Positions 29,744-39,141 of a stretch of DNA of 64,000 nt are shown piece by piece. The translations under genes were made by a program, and so were the position numbers. Location of the stretch: positions 1 through 64,000 of the forward strand of contig JBBFKX010000002.1 in assembly GCA_037481815.1 (NCBI GenBank), written 5' to 3'. Source of the stretch: a candidate division WOR-3 bacterium (GTDB taxonomy: Bacteria > Hydrothermota > 32-111). The notes below the pieces were generated by a model. The model did not search any database, was not told the DNA's origin, and saw only the letters and a program-made list of their open reading frames with translations. Numbering within the stretch: the first letter of the stretch is position 1; the number at the start of each line of letters is the position of its first letter.

Positions 29744-30585
29744 AAAAATTCTTTGATGCATCTTTTTAAAGCATCATCAAATGGTGGCATTTCTTTAATT
29801 CCAAGGTCATTTAATCTTATACTTTTCAAAGCACAATTTTTCGGAATCTTTTCAATCAGTTCATCACTTCTGATATTTATTTTTACATTTTTTTTCAGAT
29901 AATCTCTTATCATTTTAGCAACTTCAATATAAGAAACCTTGCCCAAGTTTACAAGATGTAAAATCCCGGAAACGGTTCTGTCTTTCTTCAGTAATTCTTC
30001 CATCTTTAAAGATAAATCCAAGGCGTATGTTGGAGAAGTGAGTATGTTATATAAAGAGACATCTTTTCCATCGATTATCTTTTTTATCGTAAATCCTATT
30101 ACATTATGACCTGGGGTAAAGTTCCCATATCCAAAAATTTCATCAGTTCTTATTATCAGAGCATCAGGATTGTTTTCCAAAATCAATATTTCACCTTTAA
30201 ATTTAGAAAATCCGTAAACGGTTTTCGGTTCAGGAGAATCTGATTCAATATATTCTTCCCCTTTTTCACCATTAAAAACAAATCCAGTAGAAAGGTGAAC
30301 AAACTTTATACCAAGTTCTTTTGAAATCTTTGCAAGTTCGCTCGGTGCATATGCATTTATTTTCAGTGATTCTTCAGGATTTTTTTCACAATAATAAATG
30401 TTTGTGATTCCTGCACAGTTAATACATATATCAATTTTATTTTCCTTAACAAACAGATAAAATTTTTCATAATTCACTATATTCAAATCCCCATGTGAAA
30501 CTGCAAAGACCTTAAATTCTCTTTTAAAATTTTCTGCAAGATATTTCCCAAGAAGACCTCCACTTCCCAAAATTAAAACATTCAT
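29740..30585 (-). CDS. rmlD: dTDP-4-dehydrorhamnose reductase family
   Basis: GSGGLLG, INCAG, HLST, YGFSK, SPTY. Confidence 0.85.
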   Translation of the reverse strand: MNVLILGSGGLLGKYLAENFKREFKVFAVSHGDLNIVNYEKFYLFVKENKIDICINCAGITNIYYCEKNPEESLKINAYAPSELAKISKELGIKFVHLSTGFVFNGEKGEEYIESDSPEPKTVYGFSKFKGEILILENNPDALIIRTDEIFGYGNFTPGHNVIGFTIKKIIDGKDVSLYNILTSPTYALDLSLKMEELLKKDRTVSGILHLVNLGKVSYIEVAKMIRDYLKKNVKINIRSDELIEKIPKNCALKSIRLNDLGIKEMPPFDDALKRCIKEFL

Positions 30586-30640
30586 ATCCCCCTCCTGACA
30601 GCGAAATAACCATCAAATTTTTTATAATAATTAGAAAAAT

Positions 30641-31768
30641 TCATAATTTCCATTTAACAGGTATTTTTACAAAACCCAAATGTGTTTTTTTTGCTCCATC
30701 AACCTCAAATGAAGAAGCAAAATCTATATGATCGTAAGGAAATCTGTTATGAACATCATAGAATGCAATGGAAATATAATATTTACCTGGATTCAGGTTT
30801 ACTGGATTGAAAGAAAAACTTATTTCACCATAATCTTTGAGATCAACATATCTCCCTTCATAATCATAGATGTTTGGACCAGATATCACATTTGAAAATT
30901 GATCGGTTATTGAAAACCCAAAGATTCCCTTATCAACTTTTCCATTTTTTTTATACCTGACCTTAAAAGATATTTCCTTTCGTTCGAAAGAAGAATATCT
31001 ATTGTTTTCGCATAATATTTCAACTATCTCTATCTCTCTGCTTCCTCTTCTTATTATATTTTTTGATGGATCATTCTCTTTTTTCGAAAGATAATTTGAA
31101 ACAACATCTTCCGGATTTCCAATATCAACGATCTCACCATTTTCAAGAAGTGCTACCCTGTCCGAAAATCTTGAGATCAGTCCCATATCATGTGAAACAA
31201 AAAGTATTGTAACTCCTTCATTTTTTAGATTCTCAACTTTTTCAAGACATTTCCTCTGAAAATGGATATCTCCAACAGCAAGTACTTCATCTATAATGAG
31301 TATCTCTGGATTTGAAAATATGGCAACAGAAAATCCCAATCTGATATACATCCCCGTTGAATACTCTTTTACCTTCATATCAACATAATTTCCCAATTCT
31401 GAAAACTCTAGAATCTTATCGTATATCGAGTTTATATATTTTTTTGAAAATCCCATAATCGTTCCATAAAGAAAGATGTTCTCCTTACCAGATAACTCAG
31501 GGTTGAATCCAATTCCAAGACCAAGGAAGGGAGAAACTTTACCATAAACCCTTACTGTACCTTTATCAGGTTTTAATATTTTTGAAACTATCGATAATAG
31601 AGTTGTTTTCCCGGAACCATTGGCACCTATTAAAGAAAAAAACTCGTTTTTCGAAACATCAAAGGAAATATTTTTTAATGCCTCAATTTTTTTCTTTTTA
31701 AAAAAACCAACATTGGGATAGTATGTTAAAGCAACATCTTTTAAAGATATAACAATGTTACTTTTCAT
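30641..31768 (-). CDS. wzt: Polysaccharide ABC exporter ATPase with C-terminal carbohydrate-binding domain
   Basis: GANGSGKT, YSTGM, IDEVLAVGD, VSHD, Wzt_C-like C-terminus. Confidence 0.92.
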   Translation of the reverse strand: MKSNIVISLKDVALTYYPNVGFFKKKKIEALKNISFDVSKNEFFSLIGANGSGKTTLLSIVSKILKPDKGTVRVYGKVSPFLGLGIGFNPELSGKENIFLYGTIMGFSKKYINSIYDKILEFSELGNYVDMKVKEYSTGMYIRLGFSVAIFSNPEILIIDEVLAVGDIHFQRKCLEKVENLKNEGVTILFVSHDMGLISRFSDRVALLENGEIVDIGNPEDVVSNYLSKKENDPSKNIIRRGSREIEIVEILCENNRYSSFERKEISFKVRYKKNGKVDKGIFGFSITDQFSNVISGPNIYDYEGRYVDLKDYGEISFSFNPVNLNPGKYYISIAFYDVHNRFPYDHIDFASSFEVDGAKKTHLGFVKIPVKWKL

Positions 31769-32517
31769 AAACTCTTAACCATCCTATCCTCATAAATGTT
31801 GAATATAAGATATCCAATAAGTACAAAAATTATTGCGAAGAAAATGGAATTTATAGTAACTGTTACATCTGGTAGATTTGAATAAAAAAGTATATTCTGG
31901 ATCCCTATAACATAAACAGCAACAGGGTTTATAAGATACAGGTGAATAAAATTGTATGGCACGAGTTCAAATGGGTAAAATACTGGACATAGAAAAAATA
32001 ATGCCTGAACAAGTATCTCCCATCCTGCCTTAACATCTTTGAAAAAAACATAAATTATGGAAAGAATTGTTGATATACCAAAAAGAAAAAATGAAAATAT
32101 TATAATGTAAGGAATAAAAAACAGAGAAATAAAAGGAAAAGATTTGTTTATAACGATATAGAAAATTATGTAAATCACATATTCAAAAAAAACTATTATA
32201 AGATTTGAAATAACAAGTGATAATGGTAAAATCAACCTTTCGATCTTAACCTTTAAAATCAATTCTCTGTTTCTGTGGAATAACTGTAAGGATTGTGTTG
32301 TTGTATTGACAAAAAATCTCCATAAAGTTGTTCCAGCAAGAATAAAAAGTGGATAATTTTTCATGTTGAATCTCATAAACCTGTTAAAAACGATATAGAT
32401 TATGATCATCAAAAAGAGAGGTTCAAAAATTATCCAGAAAAAGCCCAACAATGAATTTTTATATTTCGTTTTAAGATCTGATTTTATGAGTTCAACTATT
32501 AGATCAAGATTTATCAT
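31765..32517 (-). CDS. wzm: Polysaccharide ABC exporter permease
   Basis: KYKNSLLGFFW...EPL, FFKDV, PVFYP, NP. Confidence 0.9.
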   Translation of the reverse strand: MINLDLIVELIKSDLKTKYKNSLLGFFWIIFEPLFLMIIIYIVFNRFMRFNMKNYPLFILAGTTLWRFFVNTTTQSLQLFHRNRELILKVKIERLILPLSLVISNLIIVFFEYVIYIIFYIVINKSFPFISLFFIPYIIIFSFFLFGISTILSIIYVFFKDVKAGWEILVQALFFLCPVFYPFELVPYNFIHLYLINPVAVYVIGIQNILFYSNLPDVTVTINSIFFAIIFVLIGYLIFNIYEDRMVKSL

Positions 32518-32523
32518 AAATGT

Positions 32524-32551
32524 ATTTTAACAGAGATTGTTTATCAGTCAA
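32524..32551 (-). promoter_or_regulatory. Promoter, leaderless geometry
   Basis: TTGACT-16-TAAAAT, 6 nt to ATG 32517. Confidence 0.65.
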
Positions 32552-32569
32552 GAATATAATCGGGTTGTA

Positions 32570-32598
32570 TTGACTATTTAACTATGTTATGTTATAAA
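32570..32598 (+). promoter_or_regulatory. Promoter, leaderless geometry
   Basis: TTGACT-17-TATAAA with extended TG, 6 nt to ATG 32605. Confidence 0.6.
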
Positions 32599-32604
32599 TA
32601 AATT

Positions 32605-33390
32605 ATGATAAGAGTTGGAGTTAATGGTTGTGCTGGAAAGATGGGAAGCATCTTATGCTATAAGATCCTTCATGAGGATGATATTGTATTGACTGAAGCT
32701 TTTGAAAAAGCAGGTTCAGAATTTATTGGAAAGGACCTTGGAATAGTTCTTGGTATAGAAGAGTGGAAATTGAATATAAAAGAACTCTCAGTATCTGAAA
32801 AATACAAAATGGATATACTTGTAGATTTTTCAACGGAAGAGGGATTTTTAAATTCTCTTGAGTATTCTTTTACCCAAAAAATTCCTTTCATCTCCGGAAC
32901 AACCGGACTTTCAGAAGAAAGTTTAAAAAAAATGAAAAATTATTCTAAAGACATTCCAATCCTATACTCATCAAATATGTCAACTGGTATAAACTCGATT
33001 TTAAACGCCCTGGAAGATATGAAAGATATTCTTAATGACAGGAAAAGAGATATTGAAATTATTGAGTACCATCATAACAAAAAAAAGGACTCACCAAGCG
33101 GAACAGCACTTATGATCGCAGAAAAAATATCAGAACTTACAAAAAGAGGCATCAACAAAACTGGAACAGTAAACTTTCCAAGAAACGATGAGATAAGGAT
33201 ACATTCTTTAAGGCTTGGGGAAATATATGGTTATCATAAAGTGATAATCTCGGGAAACGGTGAAACAATCGAAATATCACATACAGCATTATCAAGAGAA
33301 ACTTTTGCGAATGGAGTTATTCAAAGCATAAAGTTTTTATCGGACAAAAAGAATGGCTTATACTCGCTTTCAGACATCAAAAGGAGTTAA
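32605..33390 (+). CDS. dapB: 4-hydroxy-tetrahydrodipicolinate reductase
   Basis: GCAGKMG, DFS, GTTG, EYHHNKKKDSPSGTA. Confidence 0.95.
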   Translation: MIRVGVNGCAGKMGSILCYKILHEDDIVLTEAFEKAGSEFIGKDLGIVLGIEEWKLNIKELSVSEKYKMDILVDFSTEEGFLNSLEYSFTQKIPFISGTTGLSEESLKKMKNYSKDIPILYSSNMSTGINSILNALEDMKDILNDRKRDIEIIEYHHNKKKDSPSGTALMIAEKISELTKRGINKTGTVNFPRNDEIRIHSLRLGEIYGYHKVIISGNGETIEISHTALSRETFANGVIQSIKFLSDKKNGLYSLSDIKRS

Positions 33391-33391
33391 A

Positions 33392-34537
33392 ATGTTCTCT
33401 CAAAATCTTGAAAAACTTCCACCGTACCTTTTTGATCAAATAGATAAAATGAAAAAAAGTATAAAAAATCCTATAGATTTTGGTGTGGGAGATCCAGATC
33501 TACCAACCCCAAAAATCATCGTTGATGAGATGATCAAAAATGTTAAAAAATCGGAATACCACAAATATCCCCCATATGAAGGCATTTCTGAATTAAAAAA
33601 AGAGATCTCGATATATTTTAAAAACAGATTCTCAGTGAAAGTTGATCCAGAAAAAGAGATACTAGTTTTAATAGGTTCAAAAGAAGGTATCGCACATTCA
33701 CTTGAAGCATTTATGAATAAAGGAGATAAAGTTTTTATACCTTCAATATGCTATCCGGTTTACAAAAATCAAACGATTTTAAAAGGTGGTATTCCCATAG
33801 AATACAGGATAAGTTATGAAAACAAATTCATACCTGATATAGAGGAAATAAAAAAGAAGATAGACAAAAAAACAAAAATTCTTTTTTTAAACTTTCCGAA
33901 CAATCCAACGGGAACAAAGGTCCAAAAAAGATTTTACGACGATATATACGAACTGTGCTCGAAAAAAAATATATTCGTGTTAAACGATAATGTTTATTCT
34001 GAAATATATTTTGATGATGATCCTCCCCCATCTTTTTTAGAATCAGATAAAAACAAGGATATATCCTGTGAGTTTCACTCTTTTTCGAAGATTTTCAATA
34101 TGACGGGCTGGAGGATTGGCTTTATGGTTGGAAATCAAAAAATGATCGAGACGGTAAAAAAAATAAAAACGAACACAGATTCTGGAGTTTTTATTCCAAT
34201 CCAGTTAGCTGCCGTTAAAGGTTTAAAAAACTTTGAAAAGATTAAAAAAGATAACATAAAGGTTTACAAAAAAAGGATGGATATCCTTTCACAGGAACTT
34301 TACAGAAAAGGTTTTGAATTCCATAAACCGGTTGCAACTTATTACCTTTTCTCAAAAACCTTGAAAAATATGGATTCCCTATCTTTTACAAAATTACTTT
34401 TACAAAAAACTGGTATAGTTACAACTCCCGGCATAGGTTTCGGAAAAGATGGTGATAGGTTTATCAGATTTTCTATAACTTTAAACGAAAAAGATTTTTA
34501 TAGAGGAATAGAAAAAATAAAAAGATTAAAAATTTAA
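33392..34537 (+). CDS. dapL: LL-diaminopimelate aminotransferase (class I PLP)
   Basis: PPYLF, GVGDPD, LIGSKEG, NFPNNPTG, SFSKIFNMTGWRIG, DSGVF; dap-operon context. Start ATG 33392. Confidence 0.85.
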   Translation: MFSQNLEKLPPYLFDQIDKMKKSIKNPIDFGVGDPDLPTPKIIVDEMIKNVKKSEYHKYPPYEGISELKKEISIYFKNRFSVKVDPEKEILVLIGSKEGIAHSLEAFMNKGDKVFIPSICYPVYKNQTILKGGIPIEYRISYENKFIPDIEEIKKKIDKKTKILFLNFPNNPTGTKVQKRFYDDIYELCSKKNIFVLNDNVYSEIYFDDDPPPSFLESDKNKDISCEFHSFSKIFNMTGWRIGFMVGNQKMIETVKKIKTNTDSGVFIPIQLAAVKGLKNFEKIKKDNIKVYKKRMDILSQELYRKGFEFHKPVATYYLFSKTLKNMDSLSFTKLLLQKTGIVTTPGIGFGKDGDRFIRFSITLNEKDFYRGIEKIKRLKI

Positions 34538-35713
34538 ATGGCTTTAATAGTAAAAAAATTTGGCGGGACATCTCTTGCAACGCCAGATCTTATAAAACAT
34601 CTTGCAAAAAAAGTTGCTCTGGATATTAAATCCGGAAACAAGGTTGTTGTTGTTGTTTCTGCAATGGGTAAAACAACAAACGAACTTATATCGATGGCTA
34701 AATCCTTAACCTCAAATCCCGATCAAAGAGAAATGGATATGCTATTAACAGCAGGCGAGAGGATATCGATGTCATTGTTTTCGATGGCTTTGAATTCCCT
34801 TGATATAAAAGCATACTCTTTCACAGGTTCTCAGGTTGGAATCATAACAACATCAACTCACACTGATGCTAAAATTATTACCGTAAAAGGTGAAAGGTTA
34901 CTTGAAGCGTTATCAAATGGAATAACACCAATAATTGCTGGATTTCAAGGGGTATCTTCTACAAAAGAGATCACAACTCTTGGAAGAGGCGGTTCGGATA
35001 CAACCGCGGTTGCAATAGCGGCTTTTTTGAAAGCTGATCTGTGTGAGATCTATACTGATGTTGATGGAGTCTATAAAGTTGATCCAAGGATTATCCCTGA
35101 ATCAAAAATAATTAAAAAAATATCCTATGATGAGATGCTTTTGATGTCACATTTGGGTTCGAAAGTTTTACATCCAAGATCCGTTGAGATCGCTAAAAAA
35201 TATAAAATACCGATTGTTGTAAAATCATCTTTTAATGAAGGAGAAGGAACAATGGTAACCAACATTGAAAACATTGAATCTCCAGGTATAAACAGTATAA
35301 GCGTAAAGGATGATCTCGCGCTTGTTAATATGAAAACTGGAGATTTGGGTCTTGTTAAATTTTTGAATGATCTAAACGAAAAAGATTTGAAAATCGAACT
35401 GTTTATTACAAAAAGTTTGGAAAATATTTCACTTGTGATCTCCCAGGATAAAGTCAACGATCTTTTACCTCTTGTTGAAAACTTTTCAAACTCATTGAGT
35501 ATCAGCAGTGATATCTCTTTAATATCACTTATCGGAGAAGGTATTTCAGAGGATAAAAACATTATCAAAACAATAATCGAAATAGTTTCAAAATATGATA
35601 AGGATATATTTGGAATATTCACCAACAAAATTTCTTACACGATAGTTACTAAAAGGGCTTACAAAGAAAAAATTGTTAAAGAGGTAGGTAAAAGATTTGA
35701 ACTTATCAAATAG
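34538..35713 (+). CDS. lysC: Aspartate kinase
   Basis: KFGGTS, VSAMG, TTLGRGGSDTTA, TDVDGV, LHPRS. Confidence 0.95.
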   Translation: MALIVKKFGGTSLATPDLIKHLAKKVALDIKSGNKVVVVVSAMGKTTNELISMAKSLTSNPDQREMDMLLTAGERISMSLFSMALNSLDIKAYSFTGSQVGIITTSTHTDAKIITVKGERLLEALSNGITPIIAGFQGVSSTKEITTLGRGGSDTTAVAIAAFLKADLCEIYTDVDGVYKVDPRIIPESKIIKKISYDEMLLMSHLGSKVLHPRSVEIAKKYKIPIVVKSSFNEGEGTMVTNIENIESPGINSISVKDDLALVNMKTGDLGLVKFLNDLNEKDLKIELFITKSLENISLVISQDKVNDLLPLVENFSNSLSISSDISLISLIGEGISEDKNIIKTIIEIVSKYDKDIFGIFTNKISYTIVTKRAYKEKIVKEVGKRFELIK

Positions 35714-36674
35714 AAATGTGAATATCGCTCTTGTAGGAGCAACAGGTCTTGTTGGAAGAGAATTTTTAAAACTTGTTGAAGAAAGGGATTTCCCTTTTAA
35801 ACAGTTGTATCTTTTTTCTTCAAAAAAAAGTGCTGGAACAAAATTTAAAGTAAAAGGTAAAATCCATACTGTTAAAGAGTTTGATAAAGATGATTTTCAA
35901 AATATAGATCTTGCATTCTTTGCTACTTCTGCGGAAGAATCCACAAAATATATAGAAGAGATTAAAAAATTTAAAACGGTTTGCATAGACAACTCTTCAG
36001 CTTTCAGATTGAAAAAAAATATTCCCCTTGTGGTCCCTGAGATAAATTTTCATATGATAAAAAGTAGAACAAAAATAATAGCTAATCCAAACTGTTCTAC
36101 GATACAACTCGTTTTGGTATTAAACAGTTTGTTAACAATTGAAAAAATACATTCCGTGAACGTTTCAACATACCAGGCGATATCAGGTGCAGGGAAAGAT
36201 GCTTTGACAAAATTCTTTGAACAAAAAGATGGTAGATATAAAAAGGGAGAACCAGTTTTTTTCAATAACCTAATACAACACATCGGGAATTTTAATCAAG
36301 ATTGGTGCGAAGAGGAAAATAAAATAATCAACGAAACAAGGAAAATTTTAAACGAAAAGAGTTTAAATGTTTCTGCAACAACCATTAGAGTTCCTGTTAT
36401 AAATTCTCACACTGAGGTTGTTATGGTAGAGTTTAAAAGAAAAATTGATTTCAAAAAGGTAGTTGAAGTCCTTCAAAAAACCCCATATCTGATACTGTTA
36501 AAAGAAACCGACCCTATCTCTGTCTCTGGAACCAACCTTGTTTTTGTTTCCCGCCTAAGAAAAGATAAATTCTTAGATAACAGAATCCATTTTGTTATTA
36601 CTGCGGACAACCTAAGAATAGGTGCTGCCCTCAACGGTATAAAAATAGCCGAAAGGATAATATATGAAAGTTAA
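35697..36674 (+). CDS. asd: Aspartate-semialdehyde dehydrogenase
   Basis: GATGLVG, DNSSAFR, ANPNCST, YQAISGAG, RVPV, DNLRIGAALN. Confidence 0.95.
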   Translation: MNLSNRNVNIALVGATGLVGREFLKLVEERDFPFKQLYLFSSKKSAGTKFKVKGKIHTVKEFDKDDFQNIDLAFFATSAEESTKYIEEIKKFKTVCIDNSSAFRLKKNIPLVVPEINFHMIKSRTKIIANPNCSTIQLVLVLNSLLTIEKIHSVNVSTYQAISGAGKDALTKFFEQKDGRYKKGEPVFFNNLIQHIGNFNQDWCEEENKIINETRKILNEKSLNVSATTIRVPVINSHTEVVMVEFKRKIDFKKVVEVLQKTPYLILLKETDPISVSGTNLVFVSRLRKDKFLDNRIHFVITADNLRIGAALNGIKIAERIIYES

Positions 36675-37824
36675 AATAATTTTTTTGATTTTGTTTCTTA
36701 CAAACATTTACCTTTTTTCTGCTTTCGATGACGCAATCATTGTTTCTGAAATAAATATAGATTCAACCAATTTCCCCTATTTAAATTTGAATATTGAGAT
36801 CCCATCTAAGGATATAATTTTTTTAAAGGATAGTTTAGGATATTTTTCAAAAATAAACATCATATTCACCTTTTTAAAAGGAAATGATAATCCCATACTT
36901 TCAAAAGAAATAGATACAACAATAAAATATGATACTTTCCCATCATCCATTGATACGCTGATAATAAAATTTAAAAACATTTCTTTAAATGTTCCAGAGG
37001 AAACAAAAAAATTGGTAATAAGTATTCTCGACAAAAAAACCGATAGATCAAAAAATTTTATTTTTAAAGTCGAGATACCAAAGATACCACAGACAGGCAA
37101 CTATCTTAAAAGTTTTTCAATAATAAATGGAACAAATGGTTCATTTTTCGCTGGAGAAACGATAAAAGTTGAAACTAAATTATTTAAAAGGAATGAGAAA
37201 CAGGGAAACTACAATCTTTTGATAATCGATCAAAACGAAAGGATAGTTTTCAAGAAAAAGTTCGCTTCTAAAAATTTAACTGATACCCTTTTGATAATCA
37301 AGGAACTTTATGGTGGGAAATACAGGTTGAAAATCGAATATATTGAAGATAATAAAATCACAAATTTTCTAACAAAAGACCTGTTTATAAAATTCTCATT
37401 CATAAACTCGGAAAATGAATTCCAGGATATTTTAAACGCTTTATCTTATATCGCTAAATGGGATGAATTAGATAAACTGAAAAAATCCACAAAAGAAAAT
37501 AGAGAGGAAGAATGGAACAGGTTCTGGATAAAACAGATTTCAGAACCTATTATAACAACGAATATTTCTTATGCTGAATTTATGGAGAGGTACAACTATT
37601 CGAATAAAAATTTTTCAGGATTCAAAAAAGGTTATAGAACAGATTTTGGAAGGATATATATAATTTATGGGAAACCTGATGAAATTGAAAGACATCCATT
37701 TGATAAAGATAGTAAGCCATATGAGATCTGGTACTATTACAAAAACAACATACAGTTTATCTTTGTTGATGTAAATGGCTACGGAGAATATGTTCTACAG
37801 AATTATCTTGAACAGTTGAGGTGA
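36664..37824 (+). CDS. GWxTD-domain exported protein
   Basis: Signal peptide; FW...RYNYSN...GYRTDFGRIYIIYGKPDEIE...EIWYY...FIFVD. Confidence 0.85.
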   Translation: MKVKIIFLILFLTNIYLFSAFDDAIIVSEINIDSTNFPYLNLNIEIPSKDIIFLKDSLGYFSKINIIFTFLKGNDNPILSKEIDTTIKYDTFPSSIDTLIIKFKNISLNVPEETKKLVISILDKKTDRSKNFIFKVEIPKIPQTGNYLKSFSIINGTNGSFFAGETIKVETKLFKRNEKQGNYNLLIIDQNERIVFKKKFASKNLTDTLLIIKELYGGKYRLKIEYIEDNKITNFLTKDLFIKFSFINSENEFQDILNALSYIAKWDELDKLKKSTKENREEEWNRFWIKQISEPIITTNISYAEFMERYNYSNKNFSGFKKGYRTDFGRIYIIYGKPDEIERHPFDKDSKPYEIWYYYKNNIQFIFVDVNGYGEYVLQNYLEQLR

Positions 37825-39140
37825 ATATGAGAATTTTTAAAATTTTGATTTTGACACTTTTTTCAATAAATGTTTTTGCAAACTATGATGTATCGATTAC
37901 ATCTTTTAAAGCAAAAGATAACATACATCAAATATTTTATGATATCCAGTTCTACGCAAAGGATATCACGTATAAAAATGTCGATGGAAAAAATACCGGG
38001 ATTCTACATTTTAAAATTTTTGTTAAAAACCTTGAAACATCACAGGAAATATATGATGAATGGAATTCAAAATCTTATATTTCACAATCTGAACAACTCA
38101 ACAGAGAAATGTTCCTTCTCGATCGATCATCTTTTATCCTCTCTCCTGCAAAATATGAAATAAGAAGTTTGATAGTTGATTCTTTTTCAAAAAAGGAGTT
38201 TTCAAAAATCGATACGATAATTTTAGAAACTTTTGACAGTAAACCAACAATTTCAAATATACTTGTAGGATACACCGTAAAAAAAGATTCTCTTGAAGGT
38301 AAATTTACAAGAAACGGATATTCAGTTACTCCAAATCCATCAAAAATATTTACTCTTGTGAACCCTTTGATTTATCTGTATTTTGAAATTTATAATTTAC
38401 ACAACAAAGAATATACTCTTGATTACCTTATATACAATGATAAAGATTCATTGATCACAACAATAAAAGGTGAAAAGAAAATATCGCCTCCTTTCGATTT
38501 TGTTGTGAATAACTTTTTCAACACTCTTGGTTTTAAAGATGGAAAGTATAGATTGGATGTCAAAATAAAATATGATGATAAAGAAATTCTTCAATCAACA
38601 AATTTTGAAAAAATTTCAAACCTCTATACAGGCAGAGAAACCAAATATATTCTAACAGAAGAGGAAATGAAATATTATTCTTTAATAGATTATATTGCAA
38701 CTCCTTCCGAGTTAACACAGTTCAAATCCATAAAAGATGAAAAAGCAAAACATAATTTCCTTCTAAATTTCTGGGAAAGGAGAGATATCGATAAAACAAA
38801 CGATAAACTCGAATCTTTGAAAGATTTTATCTTAAAAGTTAAATATGTCAGAAAAAATTTTTCATCGGGTGGAGAAGATGGCTATCTTTCAGCGAGAGGA
38901 AGGATATATTTAAAATATGGTCCACCGGATGAAACATTACTTGTTCCGATGAGTAAAGGATCAAAAAATTATGATTCCTGGATTTATTATTCGAAAGGTG
39001 GCATGCAGTTCATCTTTATGGATATAAAAGGATTTGGTAAATATGAACTTATATATACAAATGTTATGGAAGAGGAGATACCACAAAATTGGACAAATTA
39101 CATTGACGATTACAATATAATCCAATTTTATAGAAATTAA
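37821..39140 (+). CDS. GWxTD-domain exported protein (second paralog)
   Basis: Signal peptide; FWERRD...GYLSARGRIYLKYGPPDE...WIY...FIFMD. Confidence 0.82.
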   Translation: MNMRIFKILILTLFSINVFANYDVSITSFKAKDNIHQIFYDIQFYAKDITYKNVDGKNTGILHFKIFVKNLETSQEIYDEWNSKSYISQSEQLNREMFLLDRSSFILSPAKYEIRSLIVDSFSKKEFSKIDTIILETFDSKPTISNILVGYTVKKDSLEGKFTRNGYSVTPNPSKIFTLVNPLIYLYFEIYNLHNKEYTLDYLIYNDKDSLITTIKGEKKISPPFDFVVNNFFNTLGFKDGKYRLDVKIKYDDKEILQSTNFEKISNLYTGRETKYILTEEEMKYYSLIDYIATPSELTQFKSIKDEKAKHNFLLNFWERRDIDKTNDKLESLKDFILKVKYVRKNFSSGGEDGYLSARGRIYLKYGPPDETLLVPMSKGSKNYDSWIYYSKGGMQFIFMDIKGFGKYELIYTNVMEEEIPQNWTNYIDDYNIIQFYRN

Positions 39141-39141
39141 A

